From the NCBI GenBank assembly GCA_024672275.1, contig GCA_024672275.1_4536.1: 64,000 nt of DNA. One strand, written 5' to 3'. Of the stretch, positions 24,518 through 32,709 are shown in pieces. The position numbers were made by a program, and so were the translations under genes. Below the pieces are notes generated by a model that worked only from the letters and a program-made list of their open reading frames with translations, was not told the DNA's origin and ran no database searches. Source of the DNA: a phage. Numbering within the stretch: the stretch's first letter is position 1; each line of letters opens with the position of its first letter.

Positions 24518-24856
24518 ATGTATTACACTGAAGACTACATACTGTATAACTTTTTTAAAGGTTGGTTAGAATGGGCGGAAAAAGCTCCTGTTGGAGATTG
24601 TGTTTTTCCTTGGGATTCTCGTCAAGGTTTGTGTCGTTGTTTGGAAGATTGGCTTATAACCACAAACTACAACTCAGAAACTAAGAAATCTACATCACAG
24701 AGACTAAAAATGTTATTTGAAGAAGATGGTTTAGATCCGATTTATCCTTTCGGTGAGGAAAGTTTCCACAATGGTCTTTTCCTTGGCACTCAACATTATG
24801 ATAAAGATCGTGTAGATTGGGTAAAAGAAAAGGTAGCACAGTATGAATGGGGTTAA
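24518..24856 (+). CDS. paralog family member 6, 112 aa
   Basis: Internal ATG 24518 with RBS AAAGGAGG; motifs ILYNFFKGWLEW, GLCRCL, PFG, RVDWVKEK. Confidence 0.65.
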   Translation: MYYTEDYILYNFFKGWLEWAEKAPVGDCVFPWDSRQGLCRCLEDWLITTNYNSETKKSTSQRLKMLFEEDGLDPIYPFGEESFHNGLFLGTQHYDKDRVDWVKEKVAQYEWG

Positions 24857-25046
24857 GAATTATCACCGCTGGTTAGAAAGCTATCTTAAGAAATGCGAAC
24901 TTGGTGTTCCAGGTTATACTTACGACACGGACGAGATTCTTGATGAAATGGAAGTTTGGTTTAAAGAGCCTCGTGAACTATTGGCAAATATTCTAATGGC
25001 TTGGGATGGTACGGCACAAAGCATCGAAGGAGGTAGAAATGAGTAA
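24843..25046 (+). CDS. hypothetical protein (67 aa)
   Basis: ATG 24843 overlapping end of upstream gene; weak RBS. Confidence 0.45.
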   Translation: MNGVKNYHRWLESYLKKCELGVPGYTYDTDEILDEMEVWFKEPRELLANILMAWDGTAQSIEGGRNE

Positions 25047-25173
25047 GAAATTGTTTAATATTCGTGAGAATCGTGATGGATCGTTCTCTGTAGTCAATGA
25101 ATTTAACGTTTCGGTTGGGACTTTTATTACTAAACGTCAAGCAGAACAAGTAAGAGATACTTTAAACAAGTAA
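25039..25173 (+). CDS. hypothetical small protein (44 aa)
   Basis: RBS GAAGGAGG + ATG 25039; below ORF-track cutoff. Confidence 0.45.
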   Translation: MSKKLFNIRENRDGSFSVVNEFNVSVGTFITKRQAEQVRDTLNK

Positions 25174-25190
25174 GTTTTTAAGGGGGACTT

Positions 25191-25610
25191 ATGTTAGGTA
25201 AGATCAAAGCTTTTTTCAAACATATTATTGAAGGAAGTCCAACAGAAGGTGCATTAGGAAGATCTCTAACAGGAGAACCACTTGCCATAATTTCTATCAG
25301 TCGTCATGGTGGATATTCCATTCGACAAACACCTTTAGGTATAGAAGGTAGTATGCTTTCTTGGACAATATCTCAAGTTGGTGATAACAGACTTGCAGCT
25401 ATAGCGTTACTTCGTGGGGAGTATGACTATTGTTTATCAGCATCTTGTAAAAAGCACCTCATAGAGCACATTAGAGACAGAGTAGAAAGAGAAGGCGGAT
25501 ACTTCTTCGAAACTAAGAGAAACGAACAAGGAACTCTTGACTTCACTAAGGTTTACTGGGACAATCATACTCGTCAAACTGTTGAACAACTTCTGGAGGA
25601 AAGATGTTAA
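25191..25610 (+). CDS. hypothetical protein (139 aa)
   Basis: RBS AAGGGGGA + ATG; ORF track. Confidence 0.6.
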   Translation: MLGKIKAFFKHIIEGSPTEGALGRSLTGEPLAIISISRHGGYSIRQTPLGIEGSMLSWTISQVGDNRLAAIALLRGEYDYCLSASCKKHLIEHIRDRVEREGGYFFETKRNEQGTLDFTKVYWDNHTRQTVEQLLEERC

Positions 25611-25813
25611 AAGCTTTTGCTGTATACTCTACTGTAGGATTCTTTTATTGGATTATCGTTATTGTCGGATGTTGGTTAGGTTCTTGTGTTGTGATGGGAG
25701 AATGGTTAACATACAATGTATTCGAATGGGATGTAGTTTGTAGATCATTACTTGTTATATGGACTGCTATTGTTTGTTGGATAACTGTTAGTCTAACATT
25801 AGATCTATATTGA
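25604..25813 (+). CDS. small membrane protein (69 aa)
   Basis: RBS GGAGGAAAG + ATG; two predicted TM helices. Confidence 0.55.
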   Translation: MLKAFAVYSTVGFFYWIIVIVGCWLGSCVVMGEWLTYNVFEWDVVCRSLLVIWTAIVCWITVSLTLDLY

Positions 25814-26106
25814 TTAATAGATGGTAGATAGATGATCATAGTTTATCTACCTTCACTTACGTTTCATACCTCACTATCGTGAGTAACATGAAACATTATT
25901 ATATAGAAATCTACTACTCGCTATCGCTCGTAAACATATGTTTAGGGTACCATACTTTTTTGAAAAAGTCAATGGTGACTCACCTATCAATTATCTGTTT
26001 AAGATAAGTCTTACCTATCAATCTAACTCTTAACTAGTATTGCACCTATAGTAAGACTATTCCTATAGTTATTAACCCTCTTCTTCTGTAGAATGTAATT
26101 AGATCC
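25813..26106. repeat. intergenic region with nested inverted repeats and direct repeats
   Basis: Inverted repeats GGTAGAT..ATCTACC (about 25822-25850) and GTTTCAT..ATGAAAC (about 25861-25895); direct repeats CCTATCAAT (x2) and CCTATAGT (x2) about 25980-26080. Confidence 0.45.
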
Positions 26107-26135
26107 TTGACAAACTCACAAAACTTGTGTTACAT
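26107..26135 (+). promoter_or_regulatory. putative sigma70-type promoter
   Basis: TTGACA 26107-26112, N17, TTACAT 26130-26135; upstream of ATG 26174. Confidence 0.4.
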
Positions 26136-26173
26136 TGTGTCTCACAGGTGAATAATACCGAACAGGAGGAAGA

Positions 26174-26389
26174 ATGAGTTCCAATTTTCTATACAAAGCA
26201 AAAGATTCACGAGATGGAGAGAACCATTGGTGGTTGATCACAGAAGATGGTGTTATCATCCTACCGTGGGACGGAGAGACGAAAGTTCAAATATTAGAGA
26301 AAGTAAAAGGTGTTAGTTTTAATGTTAGTCATGACATAACAACTTTCAAAGCTTTTGCTATGAATCCTAATCTTGTTGCTGAATGGTAA
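26174..26389 (+). CDS. hypothetical protein (71 aa)
   Basis: RBS ACAGGAGGAAG + ATG; ORF track. Confidence 0.6.
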   Translation: MSSNFLYKAKDSRDGENHWWLITEDGVIILPWDGETKVQILEKVKGVSFNVSHDITTFKAFAMNPNLVAEW

Positions 26390-26402
26390 TCCAGGAGAAA
26401 AT

Positions 26403-26621
26403 ATGACTAAAATGTATGCAGCCGTTGATAAGCTGGATGGGTCTGATTCTGTTTTTATTTTGAATAAAATGGGTGTCTTAGTTTATGCCCGAACTTCTCA
26501 AAACATAGAACACCAAGTGGAAGCAGCACAAATTTTAGAGCAAATAACCCCTCCATACCTATACTCAAATGTTGAGCGTTTTAACGATGCACTTGGTTTG
26601 ACGTTAATAGCGGAATGGTAA
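26403..26621 (+). CDS. hypothetical protein (72 aa)
   Basis: Internal ATG 26403 with RBS CAGGAGAAAA. Confidence 0.55.
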   Translation: MTKMYAAVDKLDGSDSVFILNKMGVLVYARTSQNIEHQVEAAQILEQITPPYLYSNVERFNDALGLTLIAEW

Positions 26622-26623
26622 TA

Positions 26624-26821
26624 ATGGCGAAAATGTTGGAAATTGATAATGTCGTAACAATCACTACGTCCATACCTTGCCATCCTATGCCTTGCCCCTA
26701 TTGTGGTGGTGCAGGATATGTTATGGCGGATGTAGGTCAAATTTACGAGTGTAACCCGTGCAAAACCACAGGTTATATCGAAATAGAATCAGAGGAGAAA
26801 CACTATGAGCCAAAACGCTAA
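26624..26821 (+). CDS. zinc-ribbon small protein (65 aa)
   Basis: Internal ATG 26624; Cys pairs CPYCGG ... CNPCK. Confidence 0.5.
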   Translation: MAKMLEIDNVVTITTSIPCHPMPCPYCGGAGYVMADVGQIYECNPCKTTGYIEIESEEKHYEPKR

Positions 26822-27254
26822 AGAAAAAGAAGTAATCACGGTAATCCGTCAGATGGAAGGTGCCGAAAACAATGCTTTTGTTACTAAGATTCTTCTTAAT
26901 ATCTTTGAAGATATTATTTTAAACAATCCTGGTCATAAAGATTATCAGTATGATGTTATGATGGGTGCTTTGCTTGAGATTAACAAAAACACTTTTGCTG
27001 AATATGAGCAACACATGCTTTTACCAGAGGAAGATCAGGATTATTTGTTATCTGGTGCTTTAAGTGCACAAGAAAATTTCTACCACGTTCTTAATATGGC
27101 TTATGCAGATGAACTTGCTGTTTCCCTTGAAGAGCGTATTCAAATGGTTCGTGATGTGATGAATGAACAAATCCAAGAAGTTGAAGACTTGGTGGCAGAA
27201 CCTTTAGCAGAAATTCGTGCAGCTATTGAAAAACAAAAAGGAACTCAATCATGA
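26805..27254 (+). CDS. hypothetical protein (149 aa)
   Basis: RBS GAGGAGAAA + ATG; ORF track. Confidence 0.6.
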   Translation: MSQNAKEKEVITVIRQMEGAENNAFVTKILLNIFEDIILNNPGHKDYQYDVMMGALLEINKNTFAEYEQHMLLPEEDQDYLLSGALSAQENFYHVLNMAYADELAVSLEERIQMVRDVMNEQIQEVEDLVAEPLAEIRAAIEKQKGTQS

Positions 27255-27418
27255 TGCAAGTAGGTGATGTGGTTTGTCTTAAAGGTGCAAACAAACAAAT
27301 GACAGTAATAGAAAGTTATGGTGAATCTTGTAAAGTAACTTGGTTCGATGAAAACGGGGAATTGCAACACGCCATATTCGATCAAAAAGCTTTGAGGAAG
27401 GTTGAAGAAAAAGAATGA
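27251..27418 (+). CDS. hypothetical small protein (55 aa)
   Basis: ATGATG overlapping upstream TGA; ends in ATGA overlap with next gene; below ORF-track cutoff. Confidence 0.45.
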   Translation: MMQVGDVVCLKGANKQMTVIESYGESCKVTWFDENGELQHAIFDQKALRKVEEKE

Positions 27419-27678
27419 GACATCCGTCAATATTTTTCTGTTTTGTCGATCTTGAAAACGAGTCTTTAATCGTTGATAGTGAGGGTTACTTCACTTATTG
27501 GGAATCCGAGCACGAAACTATAAGTGTAGTGAAAGAAATTATGCAAACCAATCCAAATCTACCAGCGCATAAGTACGGTATTGCAAAAGTGTTTGTTACT
27601 AAAACAGAGTACACAAAAGAGCGAAGCACTTTGTACCATAATATTGAAGTGATTCACTATTTCAAAGATGTTATTTAG
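27415..27678 (+). CDS. hypothetical protein (87 aa)
   Basis: ATG 27415 overlapping upstream stop; ORF track. Confidence 0.55.
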   Translation: MRHPSIFFCFVDLENESLIVDSEGYFTYWESEHETISVVKEIMQTNPNLPAHKYGIAKVFVTKTEYTKERSTLYHNIEVIHYFKDVI

Positions 27679-27686
27679 GAGGTTAT

Positions 27687-28295
27687 ATGGAAGAGAAGAT
27701 TTGGGATGGTAAAGATCCTTTAGAAGTTGGACACGTAGCGCGTGTCAAAAAATCTACTACAGGTCCTGGTTTTTCTGGTTTGTATCATATACCAGAAGAA
27801 GGTCAGCACGTTACAATTTTGGCTCGTGACAAACAAAACGGAGCAACGCCTGTGTGGATTGTTCGTTGGTATGACAAAGATCTTAACATTTGCTTGTCAC
27901 CTATTATGGCTCATTTGCTGGAAGCCCCTTGCTCTGAAGAAGCTCTAATTTTTGTTTCAGCTTTTCAGAAAGCCACAGGTTTAACATTAGATGCAAAAGA
28001 TGTGCAAAAAGCATTTGACATTATTCAGGAAGACAACGATACTACATCTAACGACGAACTGGTTGAAGTTACAATCTTATCTTCAGCAGATATCCGAGAG
28101 ATTGATAATTGTGATTTTCCAATCACATTTAAAATGTCGCAGAAAGACATACAGTCATCTGGAAGTTGTTTTGGTATACCTCGTTGGTTTTTTGATTCTA
28201 TCAAAAATTCTACTACAGAGGGATCAGACTATGATCAAGATGACATGCTTTGGTTCTTAAAAAACCGAGAGATTGTTCTCTCACCACTTAAATAA
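27687..28295 (+). CDS. hypothetical protein (202 aa)
   Basis: RBS TAGGAGG + ATG; ORF track. Confidence 0.6.
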   Translation: MEEKIWDGKDPLEVGHVARVKKSTTGPGFSGLYHIPEEGQHVTILARDKQNGATPVWIVRWYDKDLNICLSPIMAHLLEAPCSEEALIFVSAFQKATGLTLDAKDVQKAFDIIQEDNDTTSNDELVEVTILSSADIREIDNCDFPITFKMSQKDIQSSGSCFGIPRWFFDSIKNSTTEGSDYDQDDMLWFLKNREIVLSPLK

Positions 28296-28304
28296 GGAGA
28301 AATA

Positions 28305-28406
28305 ATGGTTTCATTTATCGTAGGTGTAGTTGTAGGCTATCTTATTAACAAATATCAAGACGTTATCACGGCAAAAGTAAAAGACATTTTAGACTCATCT
28401 AAATAA
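28305..28406 (+). CDS. small hydrophobic peptide (33 aa)
   Basis: RBS AAGGAGAAA + ATG 28305; predicted TM helix. Confidence 0.4.
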   Translation: MVSFIVGVVVGYLINKYQDVITAKVKDILDSSK

Positions 28407-28412
28407 TCTATC

Positions 28413-28446
28413 AAAGCTGCATCTTCAATAGGTGCAGCCTTTTAAA
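28413..28446 (+). terminator. putative rho-independent terminator
   Basis: Hairpin GCTGCA..TGCAGC followed by CTTTT. Confidence 0.4.
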
Positions 28447-28458
28447 AGGAGATATGGC

Positions 28459-28632
28459 ATGACTAAACGCACTGATTTTAAATGTATGCATTGTGGGAAA
28501 TCTTTTGGGGATCATCAAGCTCGCACATTCAACTGTCCACGTAAAGGTCGCGGAAATTTTAAAGGTTTTAATCCCGCACATGTTTATTCTCCAGATTACG
28601 ATAAGCCAGAAGAAGAAAAATTTGTTATTTAA
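28459..28632 (+). CDS. zinc-finger small protein (57 aa)
   Basis: Internal ATG 28459 with RBS AAAGGAGA; CMHCG ... CPRKG motif. Confidence 0.5.
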   Translation: MTKRTDFKCMHCGKSFGDHQARTFNCPRKGRGNFKGFNPAHVYSPDYDKPEEEKFVI

Positions 28633-28644
28633 TAAGGAGGTCAT

Positions 28645-28926
28645 ATGGAACTCGTTCAAGAATTGTATAATGCTTTAGGAGCAAAAGGAAAAGATTGGCC
28701 CGAACATGCGCTTATTGCTATAAGAGACTCCGATGGTGAGATTAAGTTTTCAAGCGTAAGTAAAGAGCACATCGTAGAAACAAAACTGGGTATTTACATG
28801 CGTGGAACTTATTGCTTATTCAACACCAGAATGGTAGAAGCCCCTGTTATCGAGGATGGAACAAAAGATTGTCCCACAATCGTAACAAAATCTGAATATG
28901 AGAAGTTTTTCTACGCTAAGGCTTGA
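28645..28926 (+). CDS. hypothetical protein (93 aa)
   Basis: RBS TAAGGAGG + ATG; ORF track. Confidence 0.6.
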   Translation: MELVQELYNALGAKGKDWPEHALIAIRDSDGEIKFSSVSKEHIVETKLGIYMRGTYCLFNTRMVEAPVIEDGTKDCPTIVTKSEYEKFFYAKA

Positions 28927-28960
28927 CACAGAAACAATACTATAGGATAGTGATCCTATC
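28923..28960 (+). promoter_or_regulatory. putative promoter with operator-like palindrome
   Basis: TTGACA 28923-28928; palindrome GATAG-TGATC-CTATC about 28945-28960; -10 assignment ambiguous. Confidence 0.3.
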
Positions 28961-28967
28961 GTAGCAA

Positions 28968-28993
28968 TAGAACCCGCTTCGGCGGGTTTTTTC
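28968..28993 (+). terminator. rho-independent terminator (UUCG tetraloop)
   Basis: CCCGC-TTCG-GCGGG followed by TTTTTT. Confidence 0.65.
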
Positions 28994-29044
28994 ATATCTG
29001 TAGCAATAGGAGGTCGTGTGTTAAATAAAATCGAAGAAGGTTGT

Positions 29045-29248
29045 ATGGCATTTTTGGTAGATAACCCGTTTCCCTTTATGGTTAAGGTCCATGTAGGAGA
29101 GTATTTAGGTTATGACGAATGGGATTGTAGTATCAATAGTGAAATGCACCACTACCAACCAACAATACTTAAGACGGATCAAATGGCGCGTATTACAGTA
29201 GAGGATGAATTGATCATTGAGTTATACGAGAGAGCACTACACAAGTAA
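29045..29248 (+). CDS. hypothetical protein (67 aa)
   Basis: Internal ATG 29045 with RBS GAAGAAGG; alternative GTG 29018. Confidence 0.5.
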   Translation: MAFLVDNPFPFMVKVHVGEYLGYDEWDCSINSEMHHYQPTILKTDQMARITVEDELIIELYERALHK

Positions 29249-29287
29249 GCTAGAACCCACCTAAATCGAACAGAGACGCTCTAAAAT

Positions 29288-29320
29288 AGAAAAGGCACCC
29301 ACTTGGGTGCCTTTGTTTTA
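29288..29320. terminator. bidirectional rho-independent terminator at convergence point
   Basis: Hairpin GGCACCC-ACTT-GGGTGCC flanked by A-run upstream and T-run downstream; + strand block ends, - strand block begins. Confidence 0.65.
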
Positions 29321-29590
29321 TTCTTCGTTAGATTGCGTCTCAGACGCGTTAAATTCGGTTTCAGTACAACTTGCTAGGTAACTTATATTTTGCATCACTA
29401 CAACTACAGGTGTTTGAAGTTTATCTTCTAGCCCCGCAGCCACTTGAGCCAAGGCATTATCAATATTTGATTTCCTAACGCCTGTTCCATGTCCTGTTGC
29501 CAAGTAAAGATTACCTTCCCCTTTTTGTGTAGCATTGGCAAAGTAGTAAACGTAATGTGCAAGGTAGTAATCACGGATTTCTTCAGTCAT
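29318..29590 (-). CDS. hypothetical protein (90 aa)
   Basis: RBS AGGAG + ATG at 29590; ORF track. Confidence 0.55.
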   Translation of the reverse strand: MTEEIRDYYLAHYVYYFANATQKGEGNLYLATGHGTGVRKSNIDNALAQVAAGLEDKLQTPVVVVMQNISYLASCTETEFNASETQSNEE

Positions 29591-29605
29591 TTTATTCTCC
29601 TAATA

Positions 29606-29628
29606 AGAAAGGGGCCGAAGCCCCTTGA
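29606..29628 (-). terminator. UUCG-tetraloop hairpin terminator (family copy 1)
   Basis: AAGGGGC-TTCG-GCCCCTT on - strand followed by UUUCUUAUU and the next RBS; identical hairpin at about 41715 and 46005. Confidence 0.6.
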
Positions 29629-29633
29629 GTGGT

Positions 29634-30449
29634 TTATTTGTTTAAGTGGTCTTCGACCATTTTAATGAAACCTTCATTGCTGAAGGCTGTTGCAGCTTTT
29701 TCTCGGTAAACAAAAACTCCACGATCTTCATAGAGAAGTGTTTCTTCGTAATTAACTCCAGGGTTAACTACAACCATTTTTGTACCCATACTAAGTGCAG
29801 GAAATAATTCCCAATTAAAATTGATAACTTGGTTTGAACATCCTACTACTACAACCAAATCTTGCATGGTCAAAGTATCGAACAAGTGAGCCATATCTGC
29901 ATACAAAGGTGCAGCCTCACCAAAAAATACAACATTAGGCTTCACCCAGTTATAATCATCTATGTTTATACTATTGTAACCAATATCTACCAGTGTTTTG
30001 TAATCTCCAGGATGCATACGGTAAACTACTTCAGGAAGATATCCGTGTACGTGAATAACAGAATCTCTGTCTACACCTGCTCGCTCTAGTAGATCATCAA
30101 CGTTTGTTGTCAAGTTTACTATTTGGTTAGGATATTCCTTAAACCACTTTGCTATTTGAATATGTGCAGCATTAGGTTGTACATCTTTAAGCTCAACACG
30201 TCTTTTGTTATAAAATTCGTGTGTTTTGGCATACAAATCCATACCGTTCTCGTCTACACCACCGACCACTGGAAGATCTGGAGATGTTCTAACACGATAA
30301 CCTGCCTGGAAAGCTCCAATATCGCAGACCTCTTCTAAATCATATTCTTCCCATAAGGCACGACCACTATCGGTGTCTGTTCGGAATGTTCTAATCCCAC
30401 TATCTGCACTTAAACCTGCACCGCTTACAAAAATCACTCGTCTTGGCAT
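29634..30449 (-). CDS. Sir2-family NAD-dependent deacylase/ADP-ribosyltransferase-like protein (271 aa)
   Basis: Sirtuin motifs GAGLSADSGIRTFR, TTNVDDL, HVHG, VFFGE, LVVVGCS; no Cys4 zinc ribbon; RBS GAGGAGG. Confidence 0.6.
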   Translation of the reverse strand: MPRRVIFVSGAGLSADSGIRTFRTDTDSGRALWEEYDLEEVCDIGAFQAGYRVRTSPDLPVVGGVDENGMDLYAKTHEFYNKRRVELKDVQPNAAHIQIAKWFKEYPNQIVNLTTNVDDLLERAGVDRDSVIHVHGYLPEVVYRMHPGDYKTLVDIGYNSINIDDYNWVKPNVVFFGEAAPLYADMAHLFDTLTMQDLVVVVGCSNQVINFNWELFPALSMGTKMVVVNPGVNYEETLLYEDRGVFVYREKAATAFSNEGFIKMVEDHLNK

Positions 30450-30925
30450 TCTTCCTCCTCATAATCATCATAATCTTCGTCATCCAAATCGTACACTTCG
30501 TCTTGAGAATAACTCACTTCAAAGTAAATATCAAACTCCGCAAACAAACGTAGAATGTTGGACATGCTATAATAATTATCGTAGGCAGATTCAGCTTCAT
30601 AGTAAACATAAAGCAAATGGTTAGCCTTATCATCTTCCAAATATTTCCCGTCTGCATACGCATAGTCTGCATATGCTTTACCTGCATCTTCCACAAGAGA
30701 ACGATCAAGCAGAGTAGGAAATGGTTTCTCTTTTTCTTTTAGTTTGCTCACCAACCAGTGTGCAATATTATGCCAATCTGCATCCTCTCCGCTGAAGCAG
30801 CTTGCGACTTCGCCAAACTTGGCATCTCCTAAGTCCCCGCTGATAGTGATCATGGTTGAACTATTGTAACCACAAGTTTCGCAATTTGAACAACTGTTGT
30901 GCACATGAATTTCTACTTGAAACAT
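30434..30925 (-). CDS. hypothetical protein with N-terminal Cys cluster and acidic C-terminus (163 aa)
   Basis: Internal ATG 30925 with RBS GGGAGG; CSNCETCG motif. Confidence 0.5.
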   Translation of the reverse strand: MFQVEIHVHNSCSNCETCGYNSSTMITISGDLGDAKFGEVASCFSGEDADWHNIAHWLVSKLKEKEKPFPTLLDRSLVEDAGKAYADYAYADGKYLEDDKANHLLYVYYEAESAYDNYYSMSNILRLFAEFDIYFEVSYSQDEVYDLDDEDYDDYEEEECQDE

Positions 30926-30942
30926 ATTTCCTCCCATAAAAG

Positions 30943-30970
30943 AAAAGCCCCCTGAAACAGGAGGCTTTGT
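30943..30970 (-). terminator. putative rho-independent terminator
   Basis: - strand hairpin AGCCUCCUG..CAGGGGGCU followed by UUUCUUUU. Confidence 0.45.
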
Positions 30971-30983
30971 TCAGATGCTGGCA

Positions 30984-31637
30984 CTATACCAGACTTTGTA
31001 GGTATTTGTCAAGGGCTTCTTGATCGCCTTGACAAACATAGCAACGGAAGTCTTGAGCCGAAGGTTGTTTATTTTCATCCCAGTCCCAATAAACATTACC
31101 CTTATAACGTGAACCAGGAAACTCAAAAGAGGCTGTATGTGTAATGTATCCTGGGCCACCAGTGAAATCACAGAATGAGAATTGGGGGTATGCCGCCTTT
31201 ACTGCCTCAATAAACCAAGCTTTACGATCTAAGGCTTCATTGATGCTATATGCATGTCTCTCCATTTCTTCCCAAGTTTTCCAGACACTTCTCTCATCAG
31301 GAGAAAAGACAAGCCATTCTGGAAGGTAGAGAGTGTCATAGTAATCATCATATTCGATCTCGGAGGCGCACGAAGCTGACTCCTCCAGTTTTGAGTAATC
31401 AAAAGCAGAATATACCCACCAACCATCTTCCAGTAAGGCTTTGATAGGGACGAAGCCTTTATCAGCATATTGATCGAAGTGTTTGACACGGTGGCTTGTG
31501 CAGTCTTCAAACTCACATTCTAAACGATATGCACCTTTTCGACGAGCCTCAAGACCGTGTGTACTGAAAATAACAACACTTCCTTCACCATCATTACGAT
31601 CTACTTGATAAGCAACTACTGGTTTTGAATTTGACAT
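30984..31637 (-). CDS. hypothetical protein (217 aa)
   Basis: RBS AAGGAG + ATG at 31637; ORF track. Confidence 0.6.
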   Translation of the reverse strand: MSNSKPVVAYQVDRNDGEGSVVIFSTHGLEARRKGAYRLECEFEDCTSHRVKHFDQYADKGFVPIKALLEDGWWVYSAFDYSKLEESASCASEIEYDDYYDTLYLPEWLVFSPDERSVWKTWEEMERHAYSINEALDRKAWFIEAVKAAYPQFSFCDFTGGPGYITHTASFEFPGSRYKGNVYWDWDENKQPSAQDFRCYVCQGDQEALDKYLQSLV

Positions 31638-32320
31638 TATTTCTCCTTATCTAGAAGATTGTTAGACAAAAACACGGCACGAGCAAAACCACGTGCGGTT
31701 AGGGATCTAAGTTGTTTTGTTTTTGCACTAGCTCCACCTAAGCTTTTCCAACCCCAGAAGCAGCCTATATGATCTACTGGTTTCTTCACTGGTTGAACAA
31801 AACCATTGCCGTGCCAAATACAAGTTTTCTTTGTATACCCATCACGGGTAGGCATTTTAGGATGAAAGCTTCCTTCCTCTTCAAACAAATACCCACCATA
31901 CTCATAAGGATCAAAGTAAAAATCGGGTTTACGCCATAAGGTTGAAAGTTTACCTACTGGGTTTTCAATCATCCAAGGAACATTATATTTGTTACCCAAA
32001 GCTTCCACTACACGAATATTAGCTAAAGCTTCATCTAATTCCTCTGTGCTACGTTCGTGTTTGCTACCACTACCTGCTAACATAGTGCAAGGTGGAAATC
32101 CAAAAATAATATCGGGTTTAGGTATCCCATGATCTTCAGGGTTGAATGTAGAATCTATCCAGGCATTCACATAGGTTATGTTTGGGTGCTCCATCCTAAC
32201 CTCGTATTTACCGTGATCCCCTTCATCAGCGTTTACACAAAAACACTTGTGACCTGCTTCGGCATAACGTAACACCATGATCCCAGATCCGTCAAACATA
32301 GACAAAACTGTTTTACTCAT
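31637..32320 (-). CDS. C5-cytosine methyltransferase-like small protein (227 aa)
   Basis: Motif I-like FDGSG, motif IV-like GFPPCT, motif VI-like ENPVG; no obvious target-recognition domain; internal ATG 32320 with RBS GGAGGGG. Confidence 0.4.
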   Translation of the reverse strand: MSKTVLSMFDGSGIMVLRYAEAGHKCFCVNADEGDHGKYEVRMEHPNITYVNAWIDSTFNPEDHGIPKPDIIFGFPPCTMLAGSGSKHERSTEELDEALANIRVVEALGNKYNVPWMIENPVGKLSTLWRKPDFYFDPYEYGGYLFEEEGSFHPKMPTRDGYTKKTCIWHGNGFVQPVKKPVDHIGCFWGWKSLGGASAKTKQLRSLTARGFARAVFLSNNLLDKEK

Positions 32321-32708
32321 TACCCCTCCATTCAAGACAAGCCATAACTTTACGCCAATCACTTTCTGTAAGAAAAATCTCGTTTGCTTTCTTCCACAAA
32401 TCTAAATCGTGAAGGGTTGGAATACGATATGTTAGTTCACAGAATCTATGCTCTTCTTCTGTAATATAACCAAAATGCAGAGCCACATCGTGAAACCAAC
32501 ACCAACCATGCATCTCTCGAACAACATGGTCATGTTGAGACATTGTTTTATGCCGTAAACCTAACCAACAAGGAACAGATACTTTAGTAGTCTTTAATCT
32601 GTGATCAACAGTATTAGAGTATTCAATAATAGCTGTCAGTTTCAATCGTGCTTTTTCTAAATCCTCGTGCGTCACTTTGAAATAACTTTCTGAAAGATAT
32701 CCACACAT
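32313..32708 (-). CDS. hypothetical protein (131 aa)
   Basis: Internal ATG 32708 with RBS AAGGAGG. Confidence 0.5.
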   Translation of the reverse strand: MCGYLSESYFKVTHEDLEKARLKLTAIIEYSNTVDHRLKTTKVSVPCWLGLRHKTMSQHDHVVREMHGWCWFHDVALHFGYITEEEHRFCELTYRIPTLHDLDLWKKANEIFLTESDWRKVMACLEWRGNE

Positions 32709-32709
32709 A

